DNA of 63,683 nucleotides, counting the filler, from an uncultured bacterium (GTDB taxonomy: Bacteria > CAYJRR01): NCBI GenBank assembly GCA_964372275.1. It is 3 parts of 3 records of this genome, joined end to end, with 100 filler letters (N's around TTAATTAATTAA, not from the genome) between each part and the next. Parts side by side here need not be neighbours in the genome. Positions count along the whole stretch, not along the records: positions 23,628 to 46,765 come from CAYJRR010000074.1; 2 more parts are not named here. One strand, 5' to 3'. The notes beneath the pieces were generated by a model. The model worked only from the letters and a program-made list of their open reading frames with translations, made no database searches and was not told where the DNA came from. Below are positions 30,301-39,460 of this stretch, piece after piece; positions within the stretch are counted from its first letter, which is position 1, and every line of letters starts with the position of its first letter. A program made the translations under genes and the position numbers.

Positions 30301-31133
30301 GGATCGCGCTGACCGGCGCATGGGTCGATCGCGAGCGCGGCGAGCTTTCGCTGATCGTCCTCGAGATGGGCGGCTCGTCGCGGCTCTGCAACACGCTCGT
30401 TCCCGGGCAGCCGGTGGTGGTGATGGGTCCGACCGGAACGCCGACCGAGATCCCGAAGGGGGAGAAGGTGGCGTTGGTGGGAGGGGGCCTGGGGAACGCC
30501 GTCCTCTTTTCGATCGCCAAGGCGCTCAAGGACGCCGGGAGCCAGGTCCTCTACTTCGCCGGCTACAAGCACCTGACCGACGTCTTCAAGCGCGACGAGA
30601 TCGAGTCCTTCACCGACCAGGTCGTCTGGTCGACCGATCCGGGAAGCCCGCGTGTCGATCCACGTCGGCCCGACGACAAGAGCGTCACCGGCAACATCGT
30701 GCAGGCGATGATCGCCTACGCCGACGGCACGCTGGGGCCGATGAAGATCCCGCTGCACGAGGTGACGCGGATGATCGTCATCGGCAGCGACCGGATGATG
30801 GCGGCGGTGAAGATGGCGCGGAAAGGGCCGCTGGCGCCGTTCCTCCGCAAGGACTGCGAGGCGATCGGGTCGATCAACTCCCCGATGCAGTGCATGATGA
30901 AGGAGATCTGCGCCCAGTGCCTGCAGAAGCACGTCGATCCGGAGACGGGGGCCGAGCGTCCGCCGGTCTTCTCCTGCTTCAACCAGGACCAACGATTGGA
31001 CGAGGTCGACTTTCAGAACCTGAACGACCGGCTCAAGGCGAACGGCGTGCTGGAGAAGCTGACCAACGCCTGGCTCGACCGCCTGCTGGCCCGCGGCGTG
31101 CGCGAGGGGACCGTCACGCTCCAGGCGGTTTGA
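27384..31133 (+). CDS. Fused GltD/NfnB-like + PyrK/NfnA-like iron-sulfur flavoprotein (NAD(P)H:ferredoxin oxidoreductase-like)
   Basis: CLYCHE..CS..GCP, HRICNDCMKAC; GLGPAG and GGGLTAID; C-terminal PGQFYRL, MGPTG, GGGLGNA, SPMQCMMKEICAQC..FSC. Confidence 0.88.
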   Translation: MVRVSASQGGTSAAAPGDFELGVPGFRYADLWVETRLQDLAGAFDRALTEADAALAERWTAYRAASGASLGPVEESALLIAVAEHLSRFVARLFRVEVEVAALRGRVDADKPIFRMKTDLLARRVFKKGTAPRAAADDFPALDAAVAALFTVAFPEKRGAADAERSVAEAVTALLDAERLLGKRDRAGGEPLPPPLAKIVASVRRAVGDARDDMTAVRTAIDLLERWSFARSLHPDGRRQIRDWVSYRHPRPLDHERLVELRPADPMIPESFEGPPEHRRRRDGFVLTDRRGSFREVQGEIEYCLYCHEREKDSCSKGLPAKEGGFKQNPLGIPLAGCPLEERISEAHALKANGDSLAALAVIAIDNPMAPGTGHRICNDCMKACVFQKQEPVNIPQAETGILTDVLSLPWGIEIYGLLTRWNPLNVKRPVALPFNGKTVLVVGLGPAGYTLSHYLLNEGFGVIAVDGLKIEPLPEELVGGNGRTPRPIRDQGELFEALDRRVLSGFGGVSEYGITVRWDKNFLTLLQLTLSRRRNLRVYGGVRFGGTMTIEDAWRLGIDHVAIATGAGKPTIIALKNNLIRGIRKASDFLMALQLTGAFKRSSMANLQVQLPAVVIGGGLTAIDTATELAAYYPVQVEKTLERFEVLCAERGEEAMWNLFQDRAESSILKEFLEHGRAVREERARAALLGEAPDFQKLVRAWGGVQIVYRKRLVDSPAYRLNHEEVVKAFEEGVRFVEKMSPVEAVPDLWGAVSAMVFERQAYENGKWRATGEKVTLPAKTVCVAAGTSPNVTYEKEYPGTFEMDARREFFRAHEAKIADDGTVELVPAPEEEGPKGARGFFTSYHNPEFPGRLVSYFGDNHPVYAGNVVKAMASARDGFPHVRRLFAREIDRLDPAGLPSHEARFERIARTLDDALRATVVAVRRLTPTIVEVVVRSPWAAERFRPGQFYRLQNYERFAPAVDGTRLQMEGIALTGAWVDRERGELSLIVLEMGGSSRLCNTLVPGQPVVVMGPTGTPTEIPKGEKVALVGGGLGNAVLFSIAKALKDAGSQVLYFAGYKHLTDVFKRDEIESFTDQVVWSTDPGSPRVDPRRPDDKSVTGNIVQAMIAYADGTLGPMKIPLHEVTRMIVIGSDRMMAAVKMARKGPLAPFLRKDCEAIGSINSPMQCMMKEICAQCLQKHVDPETGAERPPVFSCFNQDQRLDEVDFQNLNDRLKANGVLEKLTNAWLDRLLARGVREGTVTLQAV

Positions 31134-31134
31134 C

Positions 31135-32706
31135 GTGGGCCGCGAGGCGCTGGCCGGGCTCGCGGCGTTCGGGGTCCTGCTCGGCGCCTATCAGCTTCAC
31201 CTCGGGACGCCGTCGCTGTGGGGGGACGAAGCCGATACCGGGACCTTTGCGCGGATGGTGCTGGATCGCGGCGTTCCAGGGGTGACGCTCGGACGGAACG
31301 CGATCCTCGGCGCGGCGTGCGAAGACCCGTCGGGGCGTGCCCCGTGGCTTCAGGTCTACGTCGGCGCGGCGTCGATGGCGTTGTTCGGTGACGACGCCGC
31401 GGGTCTGCGGCGGCTGTTCGCCTTCGCCGCCGCGCTCGCCTTCTTTCCGCTCTGGGGGTTGCTGCGGGGACGGGTCCGCGCGGCACCGTGGGTGGCAATG
31501 CTCGTCCTGCTCCATCCGCAGACGGTGCTTTTTGCGAGGCAGGCGCGCTACTACCCGCTCGCCATCCTACTCTTCACGGCGGTGGCCTGGCTGTGGCTCG
31601 ACCTCCGGCCGTCGCGACGCGCGCGCCGGATCGGGCTCGTGGCGGGCGCAGTGCTGTTGTTCCAGACGCACCCGGTCGTCGCGGCGGCGGCGTGGATCTC
31701 GGTGCTCCTGCACGCGGCATGGTCTTCGAAGGCGCGCGTGCTCGAGGCGGCCCTCTCCGGGATCGTCGGTCTGGCGGGCTGGGTCGTGATCTACGTCTCG
31801 GTGCCCGACATCGGCGCGCCGGCATCCGAGCCCTCGGCGTCGCTCCTCGCGCGGGCGCCGCAACTCTGGCTGGCGAGGACCGGGGTGGGGCTCGCCGCGA
31901 CGATCGCCGACCTCGACTACGTGGGGGTGCTGCCGGTCCTGGGATGGGGGGCGTTGATCGCCCTCGCGCTCGCGCGGCGGCGGGTGGCTGCCGTCCGCGA
32001 GGCGTGGATCGGAGCCGGAGGGTTCGTGTTGCTCGCGCTCGCCGTGCACGCCGGGGTGGTCGCGGCCGTGATCGGTGTCGAGACGATGCAGAACGTCGCC
32101 GTGCTGCGCTACCTGCCGCATCTCGTGGCGCTCGCGCCCGTGCCGCTCGTGCTCGGCGCGGAGGCGATCCTGCCCCGGCGTTTCGCCGCGCTCGCGGCGG
32201 CGGCGCTCCTTCTCGGCGTCAATCTTGCCAGCCTCACACACTGGTGGCGTCCGTTCGAGCGGCGGCCGCAGCCGGTCTCCTGGGCCGTCCCCACCTTCCG
32301 CGAGATCGTCCGCCCGCCGCCCGACGACCTCGGCGCGATCGTCGGGGCGCTGGTCGATGCGGTGCCGGGAGACGGCGCCGTGGCGCGCGTCGTCCCGGAT
32401 CTCTGGATCGACGTCGTGAACTTCTACACCGCCGGTGAGCTTGGCATCACGCCGGGCGTTCCACCGGCCTCCGAATGCTGGCGTCGCATGACCGCGCACC
32501 TGTCGGCCGACGAGGCCCGGCGCCGGATCGAGGATCCGGACGTGGCGGTCGTCTTCGGCGCCACCGGCGCTCCGCCCGGCTACGAATCGACACTGCTTCC
32601 TTGGCGCCGCGGCCCGCCGGACGGAACTCGCCCGGAACTGACCCGCCACACGTTCCACGGCGCCGACGGCGGCGCGGTGCCCGTGCTCCTCGCCCACCGC
32701 CACTAG
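31135..32706 (+). CDS. GT-C fold (ArnT/PMT-like) membrane glycosyltransferase
   Basis: LGTPSLWGDEA after first TM, FARQARYYPL, many TM segments. Confidence 0.7.
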   Translation: MGREALAGLAAFGVLLGAYQLHLGTPSLWGDEADTGTFARMVLDRGVPGVTLGRNAILGAACEDPSGRAPWLQVYVGAASMALFGDDAAGLRRLFAFAAALAFFPLWGLLRGRVRAAPWVAMLVLLHPQTVLFARQARYYPLAILLFTAVAWLWLDLRPSRRARRIGLVAGAVLLFQTHPVVAAAAWISVLLHAAWSSKARVLEAALSGIVGLAGWVVIYVSVPDIGAPASEPSASLLARAPQLWLARTGVGLAATIADLDYVGVLPVLGWGALIALALARRRVAAVREAWIGAGGFVLLALAVHAGVVAAVIGVETMQNVAVLRYLPHLVALAPVPLVLGAEAILPRRFAALAAAALLLGVNLASLTHWWRPFERRPQPVSWAVPTFREIVRPPPDDLGAIVGALVDAVPGDGAVARVVPDLWIDVVNFYTAGELGITPGVPPASECWRRMTAHLSADEARRRIEDPDVAVVFGATGAPPGYESTLLPWRRGPPDGTRPELTRHTFHGADGGAVPVLLAHRH

Positions 32707-34385
32707 AGCCGGTCGGGGTCTTCGCCGAAGAGTTCCGACAGCAGGCGGCGAAGCAGCGCGTTGTCGGGGCTGTCGCGGAAGGCGCGGATCGCCTCCTCGC
32801 GGACGCGGGCGGGGTCTTCGCGGAGGCCGCGTTCCAGGCGATCGACGCGGAAGGGGTCGACGTAGCGGTATTCGCGGGCGTCGATCACCGGGCGCAACGA
32901 CGGCAGATCGCGCAGGAAGACGATCGCCGAGTCGTCCCAGTGTACGAGCCTCCACTCCGGCAGCGTGAGCAGCAACCGGTGGAAGAGGGGTCCGCTCGCC
33001 GGCGTGACCGGGATCCGCTTCAGGAGGAAGGCGCCGATGCCGTAGGCGTCGACGATGCGCCGGAACTCCTGCGGGGACCGGTTCACGCCGAGGTAGTCGC
33101 GTTCGTAGAAGGTCGGGTCGAGGACGTAGCCGTGGAAGAAGACCGGCGGGTCGCCGTCCCAGGCCCAGGCGAGGTAGCTGCCGAACTCGTGCTCGTTGAA
33201 GATCCGCGTCCCCTCCGGGAGCGTGCGCGCGAAGGCCGCGGCCCTCTCCGGGACCGACGCCGGGTCGACCCCAAGTCCGACGCGGCGCGGTCCGGTCGGG
33301 GTCGAGTAGCCCGAGACGGCGATCCTGACGATGCAGGCGAGCGCGACGGCGGTGACGGCGGCGAGCGAGAGGCGATGCCGGCGGCTCGGGCCGGGTGTGT
33401 CCGACGCGCCTGTCGCGCCGGCAGGGGTCCGGCGTCCGTCGAGGGCGGCGAGCACCGGCAGGGCAAACGCGGCGGTGGTGACGAAGCGGATCGCGGAGAG
33501 GCCGAGCGCCGTGAGGCCGCCGAGGCTCACCGCGGCGAACCAGGGCCGCGAGCCCGCCCGAAACGATCGGACGACGAGCGCCGCCACCGCGACGGAGAGC
33601 GCGAGGAAGAGCCAGACCTCGCGCGTGCCGCGGTAGGCGGAGGAGAGCGTCGGCATCCACTCGAAGTAGTGCTTGCGCATCAGGGCGCCGTGCGCGCCGG
33701 TGGAGCCGGCGATCGCCCACCACAGGTTCATCGGCCCGGTCGGGTGGAGGAAGGTCGTCGCGACGCAGGCGCCGAGGAGCGGGAGCGATCGGCGCCAGTC
33801 CCCCGGACGCGCCGCCGCCGCCGCCGCCACGAGCGACAGGCCGGTGACGATCCCCGAGTGCGCGTTGGTCCAGACGGCGAAGATCGCCGGAATCGCCCAC
33901 CGGGCCCGTGTCGGCCGCACGAGATCGGCGCCGAGGAGCGCCAGCGTCCAGGCGCCGGCGACGTCGGAGACGAGCGAGGAGCGCTCGATGAACCGATCGC
34001 ATCCGGCCCAGAGCGCGAGCAAGGTCAGCGCCGGCACCGCCGCCGAGCGGTTCCCCGCGTGGCGCGCGAGCCACAACGGGGCCGCGGCCCCGACCACCAC
34101 GAGCAGCGTCTTGGCCAGGACGAGACCGTCGAATCCGCCGGCGAGGTAGAGGAGGTAGGCGCCGAGGTGCGAGCCGCCGTGGACGATCCAGTCGGGAGGG
34201 ACCTCGGTCTGCGCGAAGAGGAACGGATCGCCGGCGGGAAAGGCGCCGTCGCGGAAGAAGCGGCGGCCGATCGCCAGGTGCATGTAGAGGTCGTCGCTCT
34301 TGCACGGGAACAGCGCGAGCAGGGCCGCAAGGCCGAGCGTCGCGGTGCACGCGACCGCCCAGAGGCGCCGGTCGACACGTTCCAT
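32703..34385 (-). CDS. Integral membrane protein, probable GT-C-like glycosyltransferase
   Basis: SDDLYMHLAIGR..DPF, WTNAHSG, FEWMP, IFNEHEFGSYLAW; many TMs plus periplasmic tail. Confidence 0.6.
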   Translation of the reverse strand: MERVDRRLWAVACTATLGLAALLALFPCKSDDLYMHLAIGRRFFRDGAFPAGDPFLFAQTEVPPDWIVHGGSHLGAYLLYLAGGFDGLVLAKTLLVVVGAAAPLWLARHAGNRSAAVPALTLLALWAGCDRFIERSSLVSDVAGAWTLALLGADLVRPTRARWAIPAIFAVWTNAHSGIVTGLSLVAAAAAARPGDWRRSLPLLGACVATTFLHPTGPMNLWWAIAGSTGAHGALMRKHYFEWMPTLSSAYRGTREVWLFLALSVAVAALVVRSFRAGSRPWFAAVSLGGLTALGLSAIRFVTTAAFALPVLAALDGRRTPAGATGASDTPGPSRRHRLSLAAVTAVALACIVRIAVSGYSTPTGPRRVGLGVDPASVPERAAAFARTLPEGTRIFNEHEFGSYLAWAWDGDPPVFFHGYVLDPTFYERDYLGVNRSPQEFRRIVDAYGIGAFLLKRIPVTPASGPLFHRLLLTLPEWRLVHWDDSAIVFLRDLPSLRPVIDAREYRYVDPFRVDRLERGLREDPARVREEAIRAFRDSPDNALLRRLLSELFGEDPDRL

Positions 34386-34399
34386 CGACGGGTATCGTA

Positions 34400-34439
34400 G
34401 GGGTTCGGAGAGGCCCCGAAGAAGCGCGAAGCGCGGAAC
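34400..34439 (-). repeat. Dispersed double-hairpin repeat, copy C
   Basis: GTTCCGCGCTTCGCGCTTCTTCGGGGCCTCTCCGAACCCC. Confidence 0.7.
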
Positions 34440-34513
34440 GTCTCGTTCCCGTCCATCGCCTCGGCGCGGCGCATCCGGTAGAGTGCGGCCGTCACCGCAG
34501 GGGGGAACCGAGC

Positions 34514-35590
34514 ATGCGAAACTGGATTCGGAGGGTGGCGGCGTGCCTGCTGGCCGCGGCCGCCGGTTGCGACGCGGACGGGCCGGTCGAGATCTACGTC
34601 CTCTCCTACGACAACGACGCCGACGAGATGCGACTGGCCGCGCGCACCGTCGAGACGATCGAAAGCGTCTCCGAGGTGCGCGGCGCGGTGACGCGTCTGG
34701 TCAAGGAACCGTCGATCGCCGCGGAGGACGGCTCGATCCGGCTCGACGGGGGCGAACCGGCGACCGCCCTCTTCACCGAGCGTTCCGACGGAGCGCTCGT
34801 TCCGGAGGATTGGGACTCGCTCCTGCTCCTCAGCTACTACCACCACCTGGAGGCGTCGGTCGCCTACTTCGAGTCGCTCGGCGTCGACACCGCAGAGATC
34901 GTCCCCCTGCCGTCCTACTACCGTCTGGAGTACGGGCTCGAACAGTCGATCGTGGGACTGGTCGACAACGCGGCCTACGTCCCGTCGCTCCACGCCTTCT
35001 TCCTGTTCGACCCGTTCTTCCTCGACCAGGTGCCGTTGGCCGCAAACGACGGCGTCGTCACCCACGAGCTCGGCCACGCCGTCTTTCACCGGATCCTGAA
35101 CGGCGACGAGCGGGAGTCGGTGGAGTATCGCGAGAACTGGCCGCCCGAGGCGGTGGCGCACCTGGGAGGCTTGCACGAGGGCCAGTCCGACGTCTTCGCC
35201 GCGATGCAGTTCGACGAGCCCGACTTCTTCCGCTTCAGCGTTCCGCAACGGTTCAACGACCGGGACATGGAGGAGGTCAGGACCCTCACGCCGGCGCTCG
35301 TCTCGGCGCTGGGGGACGGGAGCGCCGAACCGCACCAGGTCGGGGCGGTGATCGCGTCGGCAATCTGGCGGGTGTCGGAGACGGTCGGTCGCGACCGGGC
35401 GGCGGAGATGACGCTCGCGGCCGAGGAGGCGATCGCCAGCCAGGACCTCGGCCCCGATTTCCGGATCAGCGACTTCCTGGTCCGCTTCGTCGAGGAGGGG
35501 GACGCCGGCGAGCAGGCGGCCGCGTGCGAAGCGTTCTGCGATCAGTTCGACGCGATCCAGGAGGAGATCGATCCATGCGCCTGCCCGTAG
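34514..35590 (+). CDS. Lipoprotein gluzincin (M4/M36-like) metallopeptidase
   Basis: Lipobox AAGC; DNAAY, VVTHELGHAVFH, LHEGQSDVFA, EPH. Confidence 0.78.
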   Translation: MRNWIRRVAACLLAAAAGCDADGPVEIYVLSYDNDADEMRLAARTVETIESVSEVRGAVTRLVKEPSIAAEDGSIRLDGGEPATALFTERSDGALVPEDWDSLLLLSYYHHLEASVAYFESLGVDTAEIVPLPSYYRLEYGLEQSIVGLVDNAAYVPSLHAFFLFDPFFLDQVPLAANDGVVTHELGHAVFHRILNGDERESVEYRENWPPEAVAHLGGLHEGQSDVFAAMQFDEPDFFRFSVPQRFNDRDMEEVRTLTPALVSALGDGSAEPHQVGAVIASAIWRVSETVGRDRAAEMTLAAEEAIASQDLGPDFRISDFLVRFVEEGDAGEQAAACEAFCDQFDAIQEEIDPCACP

Positions 35591-36204
35591 TCCTCGTCGT
35601 GGCGCTCCTGCTGGCGGCCGGCCACGCGTCGGCCGCGCCGGAGGATCCCCTCACCCGTACGCGACGTCCGCTTTCGGGCGATCCGCCGTGGAGGACCGCG
35701 GTTCTACTGGGCGCCGGCCTGGAGGCGGTCAACACGGCCGGCGGGCGGCACGAGCTGATCCGCGATTTCCAGGTCCAGGCGGCTCATCGACTCTCGCCCC
35801 TCTTCACCGCGCGCGCCGTCTACGACTACTCGCAGCTGCGCGAGGGCGGGGCGTCGGGTTTCGAGGCGGTGACCAGCTACTCCTCGATCGCCGCCCGCGC
35901 CGACGTGACCCTCGGCACGCGGCGCGAGCAGTTCGTCGTCGGCGCCGGCCCGGCGCTGGTCGTCACCGCCTCGCGCCTCACCGACGACCTGGCGGGGACG
36001 AGCGTCGGCGGAATCGCCTACCGTCCGGCGCTCTCCTACGGCGCGGGGCTTCGGTGGATGGCGGGCTCCTTTCCGATGGCGATCGACTTCACCGGTCAGC
36101 AGCGTTGGACGCGCCACGACTTCCGCGCGGTGCTCTCCTTCGGATGGCCGCTGCTGGCCACCCGACGGGCGCCGGCCGAGGAGGGAAAGGGGTCGATGCG
36201 ATGA
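35575..36204 (+). CDS. Small outer-membrane beta-barrel protein
   Basis: Signal peptide ..HASA-A, amphipathic strands (YGAGLRW, VLSFGW); overlaps neighbours. Confidence 0.6.
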   Translation: MRLPVVLVVALLLAAGHASAAPEDPLTRTRRPLSGDPPWRTAVLLGAGLEAVNTAGGRHELIRDFQVQAAHRLSPLFTARAVYDYSQLREGGASGFEAVTSYSSIAARADVTLGTRREQFVVGAGPALVVTASRLTDDLAGTSVGGIAYRPALSYGAGLRWMAGSFPMAIDFTGQQRWTRHDFRAVLSFGWPLLATRRAPAEEGKGSMR

Positions 36205-36971
36205 GCGCCGTCATGTCGAAGATCCTCGCCGCCGGCCGCCGACCGTTTCTCCTCGGGCTGGCCGTCTACCTGGGTGGCTGCGCGACCCTTTCCAGCATGC
36301 AGGGGGCGCGCACGGTCGAGCCCGGCCGCACGCGCGTCGGCGTCCACGGGAGCCTGCAAGGCGGCATGATTCCGGGGTTGGAGAAGCTCCTGCCGGAGGA
36401 CGTCCCGCCGGTGCCACCGCCCCTTCCGCAGGTGGAGATCGAAGTGCGCAACGGTCTTCGTGAACGCTGGGACTGGGGGGCGCGACTCTTCCTGCTCGGC
36501 GTCGCCGGGGACGTGAAGTTCCAGTTCCTGGACGGCGAGCGGTGGGCCGGCGCCTTCGCGCCGGGGGCCTCGATCGTCCACCTTCCCGGGATCCCCGACC
36601 TGTTCTACCTGAACGACCAGGTCACGCACTCGGCGAGCGAGCTCGACATCTTCCTCCCGGTCCTGTTCGAGCGGCCGGTCGGCACCTCCTCCAGCCTGGT
36701 CTTCGGTCCGAAGATTCTGGCGCGCCACTACTGGTACACGCTCGACGCTCCCGAGTTCGTCGGCCGCAGCCGCCGCTTCCTCTACGACGTGGGAGGGACC
36801 GCCGTCTTCCACTGGCGGCGGACGAAGAAGTGGTCGTTCCCTCTCGAGGTCTCGGTCTTCCGCGACCTGACCGAGTCGACCGGCTGGTCCTACTCGCTGG
36901 GCCTCGGGATCGCGATCCAGGACGGCCGACGCGACGTCGTCCATCCGGCGGAAGGGGACGCCGAGCATTGA
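36201..36971 (+). CDS. Lipoprotein with beta-barrel-like body
   Basis: Lipobox LGGC; ARTVEPG, VRNGL...WDWG, GDVKFQF, YSLGLGI; ATGA overlap. Confidence 0.6.
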   Translation: MSAVMSKILAAGRRPFLLGLAVYLGGCATLSSMQGARTVEPGRTRVGVHGSLQGGMIPGLEKLLPEDVPPVPPPLPQVEIEVRNGLRERWDWGARLFLLGVAGDVKFQFLDGERWAGAFAPGASIVHLPGIPDLFYLNDQVTHSASELDIFLPVLFERPVGTSSSLVFGPKILARHYWYTLDAPEFVGRSRRFLYDVGGTAVFHWRRTKKWSFPLEVSVFRDLTESTGWSYSLGLGIAIQDGRRDVVHPAEGDAEH

Positions 36972-37594
36972 GCGCCGGGCGCAGGGCGTTGGTCGCCTTG
37001 CATGCGCGTCTCGATGCGTGCGTGCGCTGCCCCGAGATGATCCGCCCGGTGGTCCACGGGCCGCCGGTCGTGAGCCGGATCTACGCGCTTGGCCAGGCTC
37101 CGGGCCCGCACGAGGCGAAGTTCGGGCGCCCGTTCGCCTGGACCGCCGGCAAGACGATGTTCCGCTGGTTCGAACGGACGCTCGGCGTCGACGAGGCGAC
37201 CTTCCGTGCGCGCGTCTACATGGCGGCCGTCGCCCGATGCTTCCCGGGGAAGGAGCGCGGCGGAGGCGACCGGAAGCCCGATCCGGGCGAGATCGAGCGC
37301 TGCCGGGAGTTCATCGCCGGCGAGGTGGCGATCCTTCGGCCTCGTCTGGTGATCCCGATCGGCGCGCTGGCGATCGAGCAGGTGCTCGGCCGGAAGGCCC
37401 CGCTCGCCGAGACGGTCGGAAGGCCGCTCCGCGCGCGCTTCCACGGGGACGAGGTCGACGTGATCGCCCTGCCGCATCCGAGCGGCGCGTCGACCTGGCA
37501 TCGCACCGAGCCGGGGATCGGGCTGCTCGCCGAGGCCCTCGCGCTCCTCGGCCGCCACCCCGAGTGGCGTCGCGCCTTCACTCGAGCGCGGTGA
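36968..37594 (+). CDS. Uracil-DNA glycosylase superfamily protein
   Basis: CVRC, GQAPG..E, PFAWTAG, RCFPG..DRKP..EIERC, LPHPSG; TTG start overlaps upstream TGA. Confidence 0.88.
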   Translation: MSAGRRALVALHARLDACVRCPEMIRPVVHGPPVVSRIYALGQAPGPHEAKFGRPFAWTAGKTMFRWFERTLGVDEATFRARVYMAAVARCFPGKERGGGDRKPDPGEIERCREFIAGEVAILRPRLVIPIGALAIEQVLGRKAPLAETVGRPLRARFHGDEVDVIALPHPSGASTWHRTEPGIGLLAEALALLGRHPEWRRAFTRAR

Positions 37595-38198
37595 ACTGCA
37601 CGCCGGCGTACCAGGCCAGGACCTCGTCCCGCGCCGCCGACAGCGCGGCCGGCGAGCCGGCGGCGCTCACCACCACCACCCGCTTGCCCGTCGGGACGAA
37701 ACGCTCGACCACGCGCAGCGACTCGCCGGCCGGCGTCAGCCCTTCGGCCACGACGTCGCACGCCGCGAAGCCGCGGAACCGGTTCCGGTCGACCGAGATC
37801 GCCGTCACCTTCGGGAGGAGCGAGCGATACTGGGCGCTCCAGTTGCGATTGCAGATCGCGTCGATCGTCACCCTGTCTGCGTCGTAGACGCTGGCGAAGA
37901 GGTGGAGCTCACCCGCCTCCGCCGGCCGCCGCCAGTGGACCTCGACGATGCGCACGCCGTCCTCCTCCCGCGTCCTCTCGGTCGAGCTCCACCCCGCGCC
38001 CGACGGTCTCACCGTCATGATCGACCCGTCGGCGCTCGCCACCGACTCGGAGGTCGGAGCGCTCTTCGGGGTCGCGGAGGGGGGGGCGGTCCCCGTCGTC
38101 GGCAGGCCGCCGCGCCGCTCGATCCCACGCGTCAGCGCGAGGTAGGCGATCAGCCCCATCACCGCAACCAGGAGCGCGAACGAAGCGCGGCGAGTCAC
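37578..38198 (-). CDS. Membrane-anchored hypothetical protein (possible PsbP/Mog1-like fold)
   Basis: N-terminal TM, P/S/T linker, alpha/beta domain ending WYAGVQF. Confidence 0.5.
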   Translation of the reverse strand: MTRRASFALLVAVMGLIAYLALTRGIERRGGLPTTGTAPPSATPKSAPTSESVASADGSIMTVRPSGAGWSSTERTREEDGVRIVEVHWRRPAEAGELHLFASVYDADRVTIDAICNRNWSAQYRSLLPKVTAISVDRNRFRGFAACDVVAEGLTPAGESLRVVERFVPTGKRVVVVSAAGSPAALSAARDEVLAWYAGVQFTALE

Positions 38199-38253
38199 GC
38201 GCCGTCAGTATCCCACGCTTCGTCCCCGTTCGGGGCTCACCGTTCGCTGCGAC

Positions 38254-39258
38254 CTAATTGAACTCGGCGATCGCGTCCCAGCGCGATTCGATCGTCGCCA
38301 GGATCGGCGGCCCGCCGGAGACGCTGAAGGTCCACCAGCGGTACTTGATCACCGAGATCTTCCCGTCCCACGCGCTGTCGGGGCTGTCGGCGAACCAGCC
38401 CATCCACTCCGCGGGGACCGTCCCCTGGCCGTCGTCGGCGAAGCGGCAGAGCAGGATCCGCCCCGGGGCGAACGGCGCCTGGATCTCCTCCTCCTGGGTG
38501 ATCCAGACGAAGACCGGCCGACCGTCGGGGACCGACGTCCAACTCAAGGAGAGCGGCTGGTCGTTGTCGAGGAGGACCGGAAGCGGATTCCAGAGGTCCG
38601 GGGAGGTGACGGTGATGTCACCGGGACCCTCGAGGCTGACCGAAAAGGCGCCGACGTCGGCGCCGCCCGGCGCGGAAAGGGTGTAGGTCGCGTTCGGCTG
38701 GTAGGCGTTGGCCCCGGTGGAGCCCATGTAGAAGAGGGCGCCGAAGAAGTCGAGCTTCCCGAGCGAAAGGGTCCCCCCGTTTCCGGCGAAGGCGATCGCA
38801 TCGCCGGCGTCCTTCCCTTGCATCGACATCTGCGAATTGTCGGGGGAGACGTTTATGCAACTGTCGAGCGCGACGTCGTCGTAGTAGTGGAAGAGCCCCT
38901 GCATCGCGGCCCCCGCCGTCGACAGAGGCTGCGGCAGGAACCACGCCGCCCCTTCGAGGTCGTCGGTGCCGGTGTTGCTGCGGAGGCGCTGGATCCCGAT
39001 CGTTCCGCCGATCGTTGAGGGGATCGTCGTCTCCTGCGCCGGCCCGTTTCCGCCGCCGCCACCGCCACCTCCACCCGTCCCGCCGTCGTCGTCGTTATCG
39101 CCGGACGTGCCGTCGTCGTCATCGTCGCCGCCCGTGGTGCCGTCGTCGTCATCGCCCCCCGGAGGGGTGGTCGCCTGCCCGGTGGTGATGCCGCCGCCGC
39201 ATCCGGCGGTGAGCGAGAGAAGGATCGACATCGACAGCAAGGCCGCTCGAACGCGCAT
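38254..39258 (-). CDS. Hypothetical lipoprotein with acidic GGDDDD repeat linker
   Basis: GGAGG RBS, lipobox TAGC, three GDDDD-like repeats, beta-rich C-terminus. Confidence 0.7.
   Translation of the reverse strand: MRVRAALLSMSILLSLTAGCGGGITTGQATTPPGGDDDDGTTGGDDDDDGTSGDNDDDGGTGGGGGGGGGNGPAQETTIPSTIGGTIGIQRLRSNTGTDDLEGAAWFLPQPLSTAGAAMQGLFHYYDDVALDSCINVSPDNSQMSMQGKDAGDAIAFAGNGGTLSLGKLDFFGALFYMGSTGANAYQPNATYTLSAPGGADVGAFSVSLEGPGDITVTSPDLWNPLPVLLDNDQPLSLSWTSVPDGRPVFVWITQEEEIQAPFAPGRILLCRFADDGQGTVPAEWMGWFADSPDSAWDGKISVIKYRWWTFSVSGGPPILATIESRWDAIAEFN
39080..39160 (-). repeat. Coding tandem repeat (3 x G-G-D-D-D-D-G-T-like)
   Basis: GGDDDDGTTGGDDDDDGTSGDNDDDGG. Confidence 0.8.
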
Positions 39259-39460
39259 GGCACCTCCGCGCGAAGACGGCCCCGACCGCCTTCGACGTCG
39301 GTGCGGGCAAAGGCAACCCCCATACCATCGGACGAAATCGACGAACCCCTTCGTTGCCAGATGCTTACCGCTGACTGAAGAATCAAATTGAATCGCCATT
39401 CGTGCGGGCGCGGCGATCCCCGTCACCGGCGGTATCGCGTGTGCCAGGGCGGACGCAGGT

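Noticed and set aside
28061-31285. Very long Arg/Gly/Pro-rich alternative-frame ORFs (also 43030-46821, 24958-27300)
   Set aside because: Composition expected from off-frame reading of GC-rich genes
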